The notes under the pieces are model-generated. The model was given only the letters and a program-made list of their open reading frames with translations. It had not been told where the DNA came from and did not search any database. A stretch of DNA of 64,000 nt, from assembly GCA_043778225.1 (NCBI GenBank), contig JAYWGM010000032.1, positions 32,001 to 96,000 of the forward strand. Reading direction: 5' to 3'. The stretch comes from Deinococcales bacterium (GTDB lineage: Bacteria; Deinococcota; Deinococci; Deinococcales; JAAFIG01). A program made the translations under genes and the position numbers. This document shows positions 28,297-36,167 of this stretch, piece by piece. Within the stretch, counting starts at the first letter, position 1; the number at the start of each line of letters is the position of its first letter.

Positions 28297-28341
28297 TTCA
28301 CACGCGAGAGGTCGTAGGTTCAAATCCTATACCGCCCACCA
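28297..28341 (+). repeat. att site: displaced 3' half of tRNA-Val
   Basis: TTCACACGCGAGAGGTCGTAGGTTCAAATCCTATACCGCCCACCA; no 5' half upstream. Confidence 0.93.
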
Positions 28342-28346
28342 TTTCA

Positions 28347-28375
28347 AGGACACACTCTTTCGGTGCGTCCTTTTA
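28347..28375. terminator. Terminator after the displaced tRNA end
   Basis: AAGGACACAC-TCTTTCG-GTGCGTCCTT-TT. Confidence 0.65.
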
Positions 28376-28388
28376 ATTTCTCGAGCCG

Positions 28389-29624
28389 TTAAAAACTTAA
28401 ACTCAGCCCAAAACGAATCTGAATTCCAAACACCCCACTTGGATTGAGGCTCGAGCCTAACGCACCATAGTTCAAACCAGCATTGGCTTTGAAACTTAGA
28501 CCATCCGCCAGTGTGTAACTTAAATTCGGTGCGAAAACCCCACTTCCATCGGTCAGGCTTTGAACCCAAGCCGCACTGAGGCTGGTGCGATTATCGAGGG
28601 CATAACTAGCAATGAGCGCCGCGTTAATGCAAAATAAATCGGCTTGATTCATTTCTCCTTTTTGCCATCGTAAATTCAGAATTCCAGTCAAACCAATTTC
28701 AGCAACTCGAGCTTCGGCTTGGGCTGTAAAAGCAAAAGCATGATTGCCAATCTCAGGATTTGTACCATTAGGGTCTTGGGTAAAGGTATACGACGTTTCG
28801 GCACGCACCGCAATTTCACCAAGGCTGATGTTCGTTTCTAAGCCAAGCACATGAATCCAATCGTAATTAAATACGGGCTGCACAATGAATTCGCCTGCTT
28901 GCGCCGTGGGCAATAACCGAATTGTGGGTGTGGGTGTGTGCCGAAACCCACCGTAAAAACTAAGGCTAAAATCTGCCCCATCAAACACATTAAGGTTACT
29001 CGAGAAACGCAGCCCATACTGCGTATTTTCAAGCCGAGCGGTAGGGCGATTATCCAGTACAGGATTCTGTCCGACAATGGTTACTCCCGGCGGTGGGGTT
29101 GGGGCTGGCAAGGCAAATACGGGCAGCACACTTGGGGTAAATCCTGGCGCAAGCACACCCTCGAGACGGGTATCATCCGAAAAATTCCAGATGGCACGAA
29201 TGGCAGGAATCGCAATTTGAGTTTGGGTGGTTAAATCTGACGGATTGAGATTACTGACCGAACCCAGTACATCCACTGCGCCCCAGTTCATCAGTAAATT
29301 CCCAGCGCTCAAATCAAAAGCACCAACATAAGCCGTGATGAACGTTTCGCCTAAAGTTACTCGAGTTGTACTGGTTATGGCATCGAAGTTTGATCGCAAA
29401 TTAGCATTAAAAGCAGCCGTAGGGGAATCTTCTGCGCCGAGTGAACCCGAGAATTTCAGGGTAAAAGCCGTGTTGCCCAGTACCGCACCACTCGAGACCA
29501 ACCCGAATTGTGCCTCGAGAATACCGCCGATAGAGAACCGAAAATTACTTTGAGCATCCTCGGTTTGAGCCAAGCCACTCGAGCAGAACAGCAAAGCAAC
29601 CAGCATTAACACTATTTTACGCAT
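28389..29624 (-). CDS. Outer-membrane beta-barrel protein (DUF1302-like context)
   Basis: Signal peptide, LMNWGAVD..NLNPSD motif, C-terminal FGLSLSF. Confidence 0.7.
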   Translation of the reverse strand: MRKIVLMLVALLFCSSGLAQTEDAQSNFRFSIGGILEAQFGLVSSGAVLGNTAFTLKFSGSLGAEDSPTAAFNANLRSNFDAITSTTRVTLGETFITAYVGAFDLSAGNLLMNWGAVDVLGSVSNLNPSDLTTQTQIAIPAIRAIWNFSDDTRLEGVLAPGFTPSVLPVFALPAPTPPPGVTIVGQNPVLDNRPTARLENTQYGLRFSSNLNVFDGADFSLSFYGGFRHTPTPTIRLLPTAQAGEFIVQPVFNYDWIHVLGLETNISLGEIAVRAETSYTFTQDPNGTNPEIGNHAFAFTAQAEARVAEIGLTGILNLRWQKGEMNQADLFCINAALIASYALDNRTSLSAAWVQSLTDGSGVFAPNLSYTLADGLSFKANAGLNYGALGSSLNPSGVFGIQIRFGLSLSF

Positions 29625-29634
29625 AACAAAATCC

Positions 29635-30384
29635 TTATGGTTGTTTCAAAAATCGTTCTGTGAAGACACTATCGGCTATTTGTACGTCCATTTCGATACT
29701 GGTTTGCTTGAAGGTACTTTTTGAACCTTGTGAAATGGTTTCCATCGAAAGCGATTTAATGACGTTATAACCTTTGACTACAACCATCTCGAGGGCGCGA
29801 AGGGTCTTAAAAACCTTATCGCCCTTGTAGTAATCGGTTTTTAGGGTGTTTAGGGTTTTATTCTCGATTTCAAAAACAATTTTGTCGTAACTGTTGCCTT
29901 TTTTAGCTTTGGCTTCGATAATGTATTTGTCATTGTCACTCGAGAGTAAGTTGTAATTGAAGTCCTTGATGTCTGAGCGTCCAAGGTCGCAGTAACTAAA
30001 GTCCGAGCCAAAAAATGCCCCGTCGCAGTCGCTCGAGTCGCCGCCGCCTGTGGCTAGTCGGCGGGTTCGCCCTAGGGCGGGTAAGTACAGCAGTGTTTCG
30101 GTTACACCATTTTTCTTGATGCTAAGTATCCCACTGCCTTTAATATCGGCGGGCGCAAGGAATTTTATCAAACTGCGGTCATTACTTGCCCATGATTTCA
30201 TGGTGCGCGACAGGGTTTGACCATTTTTACTAATCTCGAGGTTCAGTGTACCAATGCTGGATTTTGGCGTTGGGCGGTCATAGGCGGCTTGCATCACCTC
30301 GAGTCCAGTCTTGTAGCTTTGGTTCTGGGCGAGGGCTAATGCGCCAATGGTGGCGATAATGGTGGTAATAACGATTTTTTTCAT
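29635..30384 (-). CDS. LolA-like outer-membrane lipoprotein-sorting protein
   Basis: FLAPADIKGSGIL..YLPALGRTRRL..FFGSDFSYCDL..FTERFL. Confidence 0.88.
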   Translation of the reverse strand: MKKIVITTIIATIGALALAQNQSYKTGLEVMQAAYDRPTPKSSIGTLNLEISKNGQTLSRTMKSWASNDRSLIKFLAPADIKGSGILSIKKNGVTETLLYLPALGRTRRLATGGGDSSDCDGAFFGSDFSYCDLGRSDIKDFNYNLLSSDNDKYIIEAKAKKGNSYDKIVFEIENKTLNTLKTDYYKGDKVFKTLRALEMVVVKGYNVIKSLSMETISQGSKSTFKQTSIEMDVQIADSVFTERFLKQP

Positions 30385-30395
30385 GAGTTTTTCCT

Positions 30396-31640
30396 TTACT
30401 TACTTGCCATGACAATGCCAAGGCACATTTCATCGGTGGTGGCTTCTGCCCACATCACATATTTGGGATTGGTGGCTTTTTCACCAATGATTGGTTGATT
30501 CTCAACTGAGTTATCAAATACACAAGTGGTGCGAATGACATCGTTGGGTTTAATTTCTACTGGTGTTCTAAACCAGTAATTGCCTTGCCAGTGATAATCC
30601 CATTTTGGAATGTGCAACAAGGTTTTGGCGCTGCTGGTATCGGGGTTCAGTTCGATTTTGATGCTCTTTGCCAGTAAGTGCATATGTCCACCTATCGAAT
30701 AGAGGGTGGTGGCGGCTCGAGTTTGTTGGTCGCAAGTGCTAATCACATTGCTGGCATCTCCGACTGGTTTTTGGTACTGTTCGGCAGTTTGTCCACACAG
30801 TTGCAGAATGCCATTGGGCAAGAAAGAACCCGCCAGTACGCCGGCTCGAGCCACATTTTCACGAATCGTATTTTCTCGAGTACAAGTAGGTGTTTTGATA
30901 TTATCAGGACATTTTATTTCGACAGGGGCAACTTGTAATTGGGATTTAATGGCGGTCAGTTGTTTGCCTTCTGGGGCAATGCTTATTTTAACTTTGGATT
31001 GGTCAGAGCCAATGCCGTTATTGAGGTTGTAATGCACTTCCATGACAATCAAAGAATCTTTTGGCATGGGGTTGCCGATACCATCTGGAAAATGACCATC
31101 GCCTGCGCCAGGAACCCAAACGCTTAACCAATTACCGCCAGCCGTTCCGTTCTGAGGATTATCCACTTCGAGTCCAGGACCTCCAAAACAACTCCAGCCT
31201 TTGCCTTGGGTGGCTTTGTCCTTGGCGAGGACACTGGCGGCTTGGTTGGGTTCGATTTTATACAAAATCGCATGATGCACAATTTTTCGGTTTCCGGGAA
31301 TAATTTCTACGCCAGTCACCATTACATCGCGCTTGAACTTGGGATTAACCAAAAAGCACTGGTAAACATCTAATGACTTCGTACCATCTGGGGTGAATGG
31401 CACTTCGGAGACATCAAACTCGAGTGTTTCATCGCCGTTAGCGGCATACGCATTGGAAAGCGAAATTGGGAAATCCGATAATGCCTGAAATTGTCCTTGT
31501 CCACGGTGATTATTTCCAACCTGCGCCGCCCCGAGATTCAAACGAATCTGCGAGGTCTGAGCCAAAAATGCGATACCAGTCACACCGAGTGTCAGTGCGG
31601 TTAAACCTCGTGTCCAACGCCAAATTTGTTTAGGATTCAT
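30396..31640 (-). CDS. Exported copper type II ascorbate-dependent monooxygenase (PHM/DBH family)
   Basis: CuH ligands VHHAIL and EVHYN; CuM ligands GHMH and DEMC; WDYHWQGNY; N-terminal hydrophobic leader. Confidence 0.88.
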   Translation of the reverse strand: MNPKQIWRWTRGLTALTLGVTGIAFLAQTSQIRLNLGAAQVGNNHRGQGQFQALSDFPISLSNAYAANGDETLEFDVSEVPFTPDGTKSLDVYQCFLVNPKFKRDVMVTGVEIIPGNRKIVHHAILYKIEPNQAASVLAKDKATQGKGWSCFGGPGLEVDNPQNGTAGGNWLSVWVPGAGDGHFPDGIGNPMPKDSLIVMEVHYNLNNGIGSDQSKVKISIAPEGKQLTAIKSQLQVAPVEIKCPDNIKTPTCTRENTIRENVARAGVLAGSFLPNGILQLCGQTAEQYQKPVGDASNVISTCDQQTRAATTLYSIGGHMHLLAKSIKIELNPDTSSAKTLLHIPKWDYHWQGNYWFRTPVEIKPNDVIRTTCVFDNSVENQPIIGEKATNPKYVMWAEATTDEMCLGIVMASK

Positions 31641-31648
31641 ACATGACC

Positions 31649-32023
31649 TCACTTTCTAGGAGCGCGTCCGAGTGGCGCTTTGGCTTTCGCCCAATCTTCA
31701 AGAATTTTTTTGGATGCAATTCCAAGCCGACGTTCGTTATAAAATGGTTGTGAATCACGACTAGGTGGGAATGGTGGCATATATTCTTCTCGAGTCACCT
31801 CGGCAATTTCGTTGGCGCGTAAAACTGCGTCCTTAGGGTTGTCCAAGGCAAACGGGGCGATACCCCCAGCCACATGGCACGACACACAGTTTTTCTCGAG
31901 AATTGGTTGGACATCCACGTAATAGGTTGGAATGTACGCACTTTGAGCGCGTCCGAGCGTACCCAGTAAGGCAAGAATGGCGAGACTACTGACAGAAACG
32001 AGGTAAAGAACTGGTTTTTTCAT
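31649..32023 (-). CDS. Small exported c-type cytochrome
   Basis: Signal peptide, VQPILEKNCVSCH, axial MPP. Confidence 0.88.
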   Translation of the reverse strand: MKKPVLYLVSVSSLAILALLGTLGRAQSAYIPTYYVDVQPILEKNCVSCHVAGGIAPFALDNPKDAVLRANEIAEVTREEYMPPFPPSRDSQPFYNERRLGIASKKILEDWAKAKAPLGRAPRK

Positions 32024-32033
32024 AGTTTGCTCC

Positions 32034-34283
32034 TTAATTGGCGGCGCTTGAGGCTAGAATCGGTTTTTTAATCGGGTCGCGTAAAAACTGTAAACACATC
32101 GCGGGCAGTAAGGTCAGGCTCGAGATTCCAACAGCCAGCACCGTAAAAACCATCATTTGCCCTAGGCTCGAGACGGGTTGTAATTGACTAAAAGACAATG
32201 CCGCAAAACCAGCCCCTAGCGTTAGGGCAGTAAACAAGATGCTGCGTCCACTGGTGATAATCGTGGCTTCAAGGGCTTCTTCTGGAGTTTTTCCGAGGCG
32301 GCGTTCCTCGAGAAAACGCACCGTTAAATGAATCGCGTAATCGCCCACGCCAATGGCGAGTGCGCCGAGCAGCATGGTGGAGATGTTCAGGTCAATGCCT
32401 AGCCAGCCGAGTAAACCGTATTGTAAAACCACGGTCATGATTAGACTCGAGATGGTCACAATCGCGGCTTTGAAGCTGCGTACAAAACTGTCAATAATAA
32501 TCACCAGCACAATGGCTAAGGATAAGCTGATGATAAAATCTCGAATCATTGCGTCCTCGAGTGCTAAACCACTCAGTCCTTGTCCGCCAACTTTGACTGT
32601 GGCGACATCCTTAAAAACATCTTCGGACAGGGTTTTTATTTGATTGTAATAACTTCGGGTGGTAAAGGTATCGCCGAGTGGAACGCCAACTTGAATAACC
32701 GTTTGTTGTTGATTTAACGATAACTGCTGCGTGATGGCGTTGGTGTTGGCGCTGGACTGGTAAATCAGCAGTTCCTGCGAAACCTTTTCGCGGCTAACTG
32801 GGATTTCTCGTTTGCCTGTGAACAAATTGTTTAAGGTAATAATTGTGTCGGCAAGACTGATGGTGTTCGTGACCCCCGGAATTTCGCTTTTGGCTCGAGT
32901 CGTAAAGGTTTCTATGGCATTGAGGATTTTAGGCTCGAGAATATCGCCTTCGATTAGCACGCTGATGCTGCTTGTGCCACCAAAGAGTTTGTCCACTTTG
33001 GCAATGTTTTTAATGGTTTGCGAATTTTTTGGAAAGAAACTGACATAAGACGTGTTTGGTTTAATCCTTAGTGCGCCAATTAGTCCAAAGATAATCAGTC
33101 CACCGGCTGCCATCATCACAATCACACGGTGCGCGTTGACAAACCTTGCCAATGCGGTCAGCAAACCTGTGATTGCACCGGGTTGTTCTGGACTGACCCG
33201 CACTTTTGGTTGTGGCAAAATATTGACCAGTGCTGGCAGCAGGGTCATTGCCCCTGCTAACGCTCCGATGATGCCAAAAATAATCAGTGTGCCAAGTTCG
33301 CGCAACGTACCAATGTCGGATAACCATAAGGTCATCATCGAAGCAATAATCGCAATCGCACTAATCACCACACCTTGGGCGGTTTCGGAAAAGGTTGCCC
33401 GCAGTGCGTCGGCTTTATTTTTGCCATGTGCCAGTTCGGAATAAAAACGCCCGAGTAAATGCAGCGAAAAACTGCTGCCAACTGCCAGCACCGCAATAAT
33501 TCCAATCGCGGTCAGAGGTCCAAACGTACCAGCGCTCCAACCGTACAAACCCATGCTCCAGACCAGACCCAGCACCACTTGAATCAGTGGCAAAATAACG
33601 CCGTGAATCGAACCAAAATTCAGGAATAAAAATAGTAAAATCAGTCCAAGGGCAATTAACCCAACCACTTGAATATCGTTGACCAAGGTACGATTGACTT
33701 CGGCAATAATGTACGGTGCGCCCGCGATGGCTGTTTCGCCAGCCCACCCAGCATTGATGGTTTTGCCGACCTCAGTTCCAAATTTTTGTTGGTTTACGCC
33801 ATCTTTCATTTCGACAATAATGATCGTGTTCTGACCGTCTTTGGTGACCAAACGGGTTTGTTCTTGGTCTATGTAGGCTCGAGCCGCCGCCAGTTCTTGG
33901 GCTGTTGGAGTATCGCCTTTGAATAATTTGCTGGTTTTGATAAAGCCGCTCTCTTCCTCGAGCTTAGAGAAATTAGCCAATGAGGTCACTTTGGCAACAC
34001 CATAAACCGATTCTAATTGGGTGGTTAATTTTCGTAGCTCAATAATCCGTGGTGCAGTGTAAATATCGCCACCCAGCACCGCAATGACGTTTTCGACTGA
34101 ACCAAAGGTTTTTTTAATCTCTTCAGAAATGGTCAGGAGCGGATGATGGTCTGGTTGGATGACACTGGCTGTGGTGCTGATTTTGGCTCGAGTTGTGCCG
34201 CTCATTACCAGTACCGTGACGACTAAAAAGCCGATAATCACCAGCCAGCTTCGTTTGAGAATAAATTCGATCAATTGTTTCAT
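32034..34283 (-). CDS. MMPL/RND family exporter-like transporter
   Basis: Two repeats of TM - periplasmic domain - 5 TM; IGVGDYAIH motif. Confidence 0.9.
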   Translation of the reverse strand: MKQLIEFILKRSWLVIIGFLVVTVLVMSGTTRAKISTTASVIQPDHHPLLTISEEIKKTFGSVENVIAVLGGDIYTAPRIIELRKLTTQLESVYGVAKVTSLANFSKLEEESGFIKTSKLFKGDTPTAQELAAARAYIDQEQTRLVTKDGQNTIIIVEMKDGVNQQKFGTEVGKTINAGWAGETAIAGAPYIIAEVNRTLVNDIQVVGLIALGLILLFLFLNFGSIHGVILPLIQVVLGLVWSMGLYGWSAGTFGPLTAIGIIAVLAVGSSFSLHLLGRFYSELAHGKNKADALRATFSETAQGVVISAIAIIASMMTLWLSDIGTLRELGTLIIFGIIGALAGAMTLLPALVNILPQPKVRVSPEQPGAITGLLTALARFVNAHRVIVMMAAGGLIIFGLIGALRIKPNTSYVSFFPKNSQTIKNIAKVDKLFGGTSSISVLIEGDILEPKILNAIETFTTRAKSEIPGVTNTISLADTIITLNNLFTGKREIPVSREKVSQELLIYQSSANTNAITQQLSLNQQQTVIQVGVPLGDTFTTRSYYNQIKTLSEDVFKDVATVKVGGQGLSGLALEDAMIRDFIISLSLAIVLVIIIDSFVRSFKAAIVTISSLIMTVVLQYGLLGWLGIDLNISTMLLGALAIGVGDYAIHLTVRFLEERRLGKTPEEALEATIITSGRSILFTALTLGAGFAALSFSQLQPVSSLGQMMVFTVLAVGISSLTLLPAMCLQFLRDPIKKPILASSAAN

Positions 34284-34383
34284 CTTGCCTCCTAGGGGTG
34301 TGAAAAACGGTGAGCAACCTGTATGGCGCTCGAGAATGTTTTATAAATAATCAGTTAGTTATTATTTTTGGTAAAAAAAATGC

Positions 34384-34974
34384 TTATGCCTCCTTTGCCT
34401 TTGGGTCTAACCCACGCCAAAAAACGACCATAAAATCCTCGAGAAAACTGGCTGTACCAAACTGCCCCGAGACCGACTGGACGGCTTTACTCATCGCAAA
34501 ACCAGCCGCCGTGTGCATTAAGGTTAAAGCGGGAACAGTTGGATCACCACGAATAATTCTTCCCAATGCCATTTCGTGTGCCAAATAAGCGGTTAAAGCT
34601 GCAAAGTCATTTTCGGCAGGTGGCGGCAACGGAAATCCAGATGGTTGCTGCACCGACATCAGCAACATCATGCCTGGCAGAATTTCAGCAATGTAGGCAT
34701 CTATACGCCGAGCAATCAGCAGCAAATCGGCTTGCGGGTCGCCATGACCAATGGCAGCCGCTAGTTCTGGAGTCCAAACAGGTTGACGCGGTGGTAACGA
34801 CATGGCTGCAAAAAACAAATCTTCTTTGGTCGCATAGTGCTTAAAAATACTGGCACTCGAGATTTTGGCTCGTTTTGCGACATCCACCGCCGTTGCATTC
34901 ACGCCTTGCTCGAGAAAAACCTCACGGGCAGCCTCGAGTATCTGAGCTTTGGTGATGGTAGCGGTACGTCCCAT
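34384..34974 (-). CDS. TetR family regulator
   Basis: ILEAAREVFLEQG..DVAKRAKISSASIFKHYATKEDLF. Confidence 0.93.
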   Translation of the reverse strand: MGRTATITKAQILEAAREVFLEQGVNATAVDVAKRAKISSASIFKHYATKEDLFFAAMSLPPRQPVWTPELAAAIGHGDPQADLLLIARRIDAYIAEILPGMMLLMSVQQPSGFPLPPPAENDFAALTAYLAHEMALGRIIRGDPTVPALTLMHTAAGFAMSKAVQSVSGQFGTASFLEDFMVVFWRGLDPKAKEA

Positions 34975-34980
34975 AAAAAA

Positions 34981-35009
34981 ATAATAACTGTTCAGTTACT
35001 AACTGTCAA
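34981..35009 (-). promoter_or_regulatory. Leaderless tetR promoter with operator palindrome in the spacer
   Basis: TTGACA-17nt-TATTAT-6nt-ATG; TAACTG-TT-CAGTTA palindrome at 34985-34998; related site near 34348-34361 upstream of the transporter. Confidence 0.75.
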
Positions 35010-35066
35010 GTGACTGTGCCATTTCAACCATTGTCAAGTGACTGTGCCATTTCAACCATTGTCAAG
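35004..35066. repeat. 28-bp exact tandem duplication (2.25 copies)
   Basis: TGTCAAGTGACTGTGCCATTTCAACCAT twice, plus TGTCAAG. Confidence 0.95.
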
Positions 35067-36167
35067 CAGTCGTGCAACCTCACCAAATGGAAATAAACCA
35101 GACTCGAGACCACCGGGTGTGACCACCCACAGCACAGGTAGGCTTGGTTGGATTGGTGGGAAATCCCCAAAGCCATCGGTTAAATAGACCGCCACGCTGT
35201 TCTCAAGCGCTAAAGTTTCAAGGTGGGTAAAAAACGGAATAAAGTCTGTACCGCCGCCACCAATCGGGTCTAGCCATTCAGATTCGAGGTCAAAACCACC
35301 ATAAAGCGCTGCATCGGCATAAAACACTCGAATTTTGGCTTGTGGGTATGCCCTCGAAATCCCGCGAAGTTCGTTCATAAAAACCTGCATTTGTGCGTCT
35401 TCGACACTGCCAGAAGTATCAATACAAGCAAAAACTTGTACCGATTCAGAATCTAACGCCTCGAGGTACTGACGCTGATACAAAAACCGTCGGTCAAAAT
35501 GTGTAAAATCTGTAGGAGTACGGGTCAAAAAACGCCACAGCAGGGTTTTCCAATCGAGTTGGGCATTTTCTAACGCACCAATGGCACGGAGCAGTCCCGC
35601 CGGCAAATCGCCTTTTTTCTGTCCTCGAGCCACACTGGCAGCTTGCTCGAGGGCTTCTTTCCAGTGGCGCTCGAGTTCTTTGGCTTGGTTTTGACCCAAT
35701 GCACCCGAGGCTGGTTTACGACTATCTGAAGCAGACTCGAGCAAATCTGGGTTCTCGAGTTCTCGAGGGGCTTGTTTTAATAAAATTGCATAGACTTCTT
35801 CGACACTGTATTTTTGTAGTTCTGGGTCGTGAATTGTGCCTTGGGGCAGCACAAAACCGCTCTGGTCAAGGATTCCATTGACCACAATATCGGCAGCGAT
35901 ATTAAAACCTTTGGGGTCGCGCCAGCCGCGCCGCGTGACGTGCAGCAGTGCCGCGTGTAGAAGTTCGTGCAGCAGGACACCATCCACTTGCTCGAGCGGT
36001 AAGGACTCGAGAAAATCAGGATTGTAAATCACTTCGCGCCCATCAGTAGCGGCGGTCGGATGACTTGGGTCTGCCCGAAATTTGGCAAACAGTGCCAAGG
36101 TTGCTAGAAATGGGCTTTTGCCTCGCAAGCGCAGTAAGCTGCCACGGACTCGTTGCTCGGCAGTCAT
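35052..36167 (-). CDS. HExxH metallopeptidase-like plus vWA domain protein (DUF2201 type)
   Basis: TAATDG, LLHELLH, NIAADIVVN; MIDAS DTSGS, GGGGTDF, YLTDG. Confidence 0.9.
   Translation of the reverse strand: MTAEQRVRGSLLRLRGKSPFLATLALFAKFRADPSHPTAATDGREVIYNPDFLESLPLEQVDGVLLHELLHAALLHVTRRGWRDPKGFNIAADIVVNGILDQSGFVLPQGTIHDPELQKYSVEEVYAILLKQAPRELENPDLLESASDSRKPASGALGQNQAKELERHWKEALEQAASVARGQKKGDLPAGLLRAIGALENAQLDWKTLLWRFLTRTPTDFTHFDRRFLYQRQYLEALDSESVQVFACIDTSGSVEDAQMQVFMNELRGISRAYPQAKIRVFYADAALYGGFDLESEWLDPIGGGGTDFIPFFTHLETLALENSVAVYLTDGFGDFPPIQPSLPVLWVVTPGGLESGLFPFGEVARLLDNG

Larger units (their letters stand above)
19596..28307. mobile_element. Integrated Rep_trans/tyrosine-integrase element (8701 bp between att cores) in tRNA-Val
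   Basis: TTCACACGCGA core at 19596 and 28297; second tRNA 3' half at 28297-28341; integrase and Rep at the two ends. Confidence 0.92.

Noticed and set aside
19596..28307. Inovirus or tailed prophage
   Set aside because: Size and Rep type fit a filamentous phage, but I find no Zot/pI ATPase, no convincing coat or adsorption gene, and no terminase, capsid or tail genes.
28297..28341. Second tRNA gene
   Set aside because: Only the anticodon loop to CCA is present; there is no D arm or 5' acceptor strand.
35004..35066. 28-bp repeats as a CRISPR array
   Set aside because: Copies are directly adjacent with no spacers, and no cas genes are in the window.
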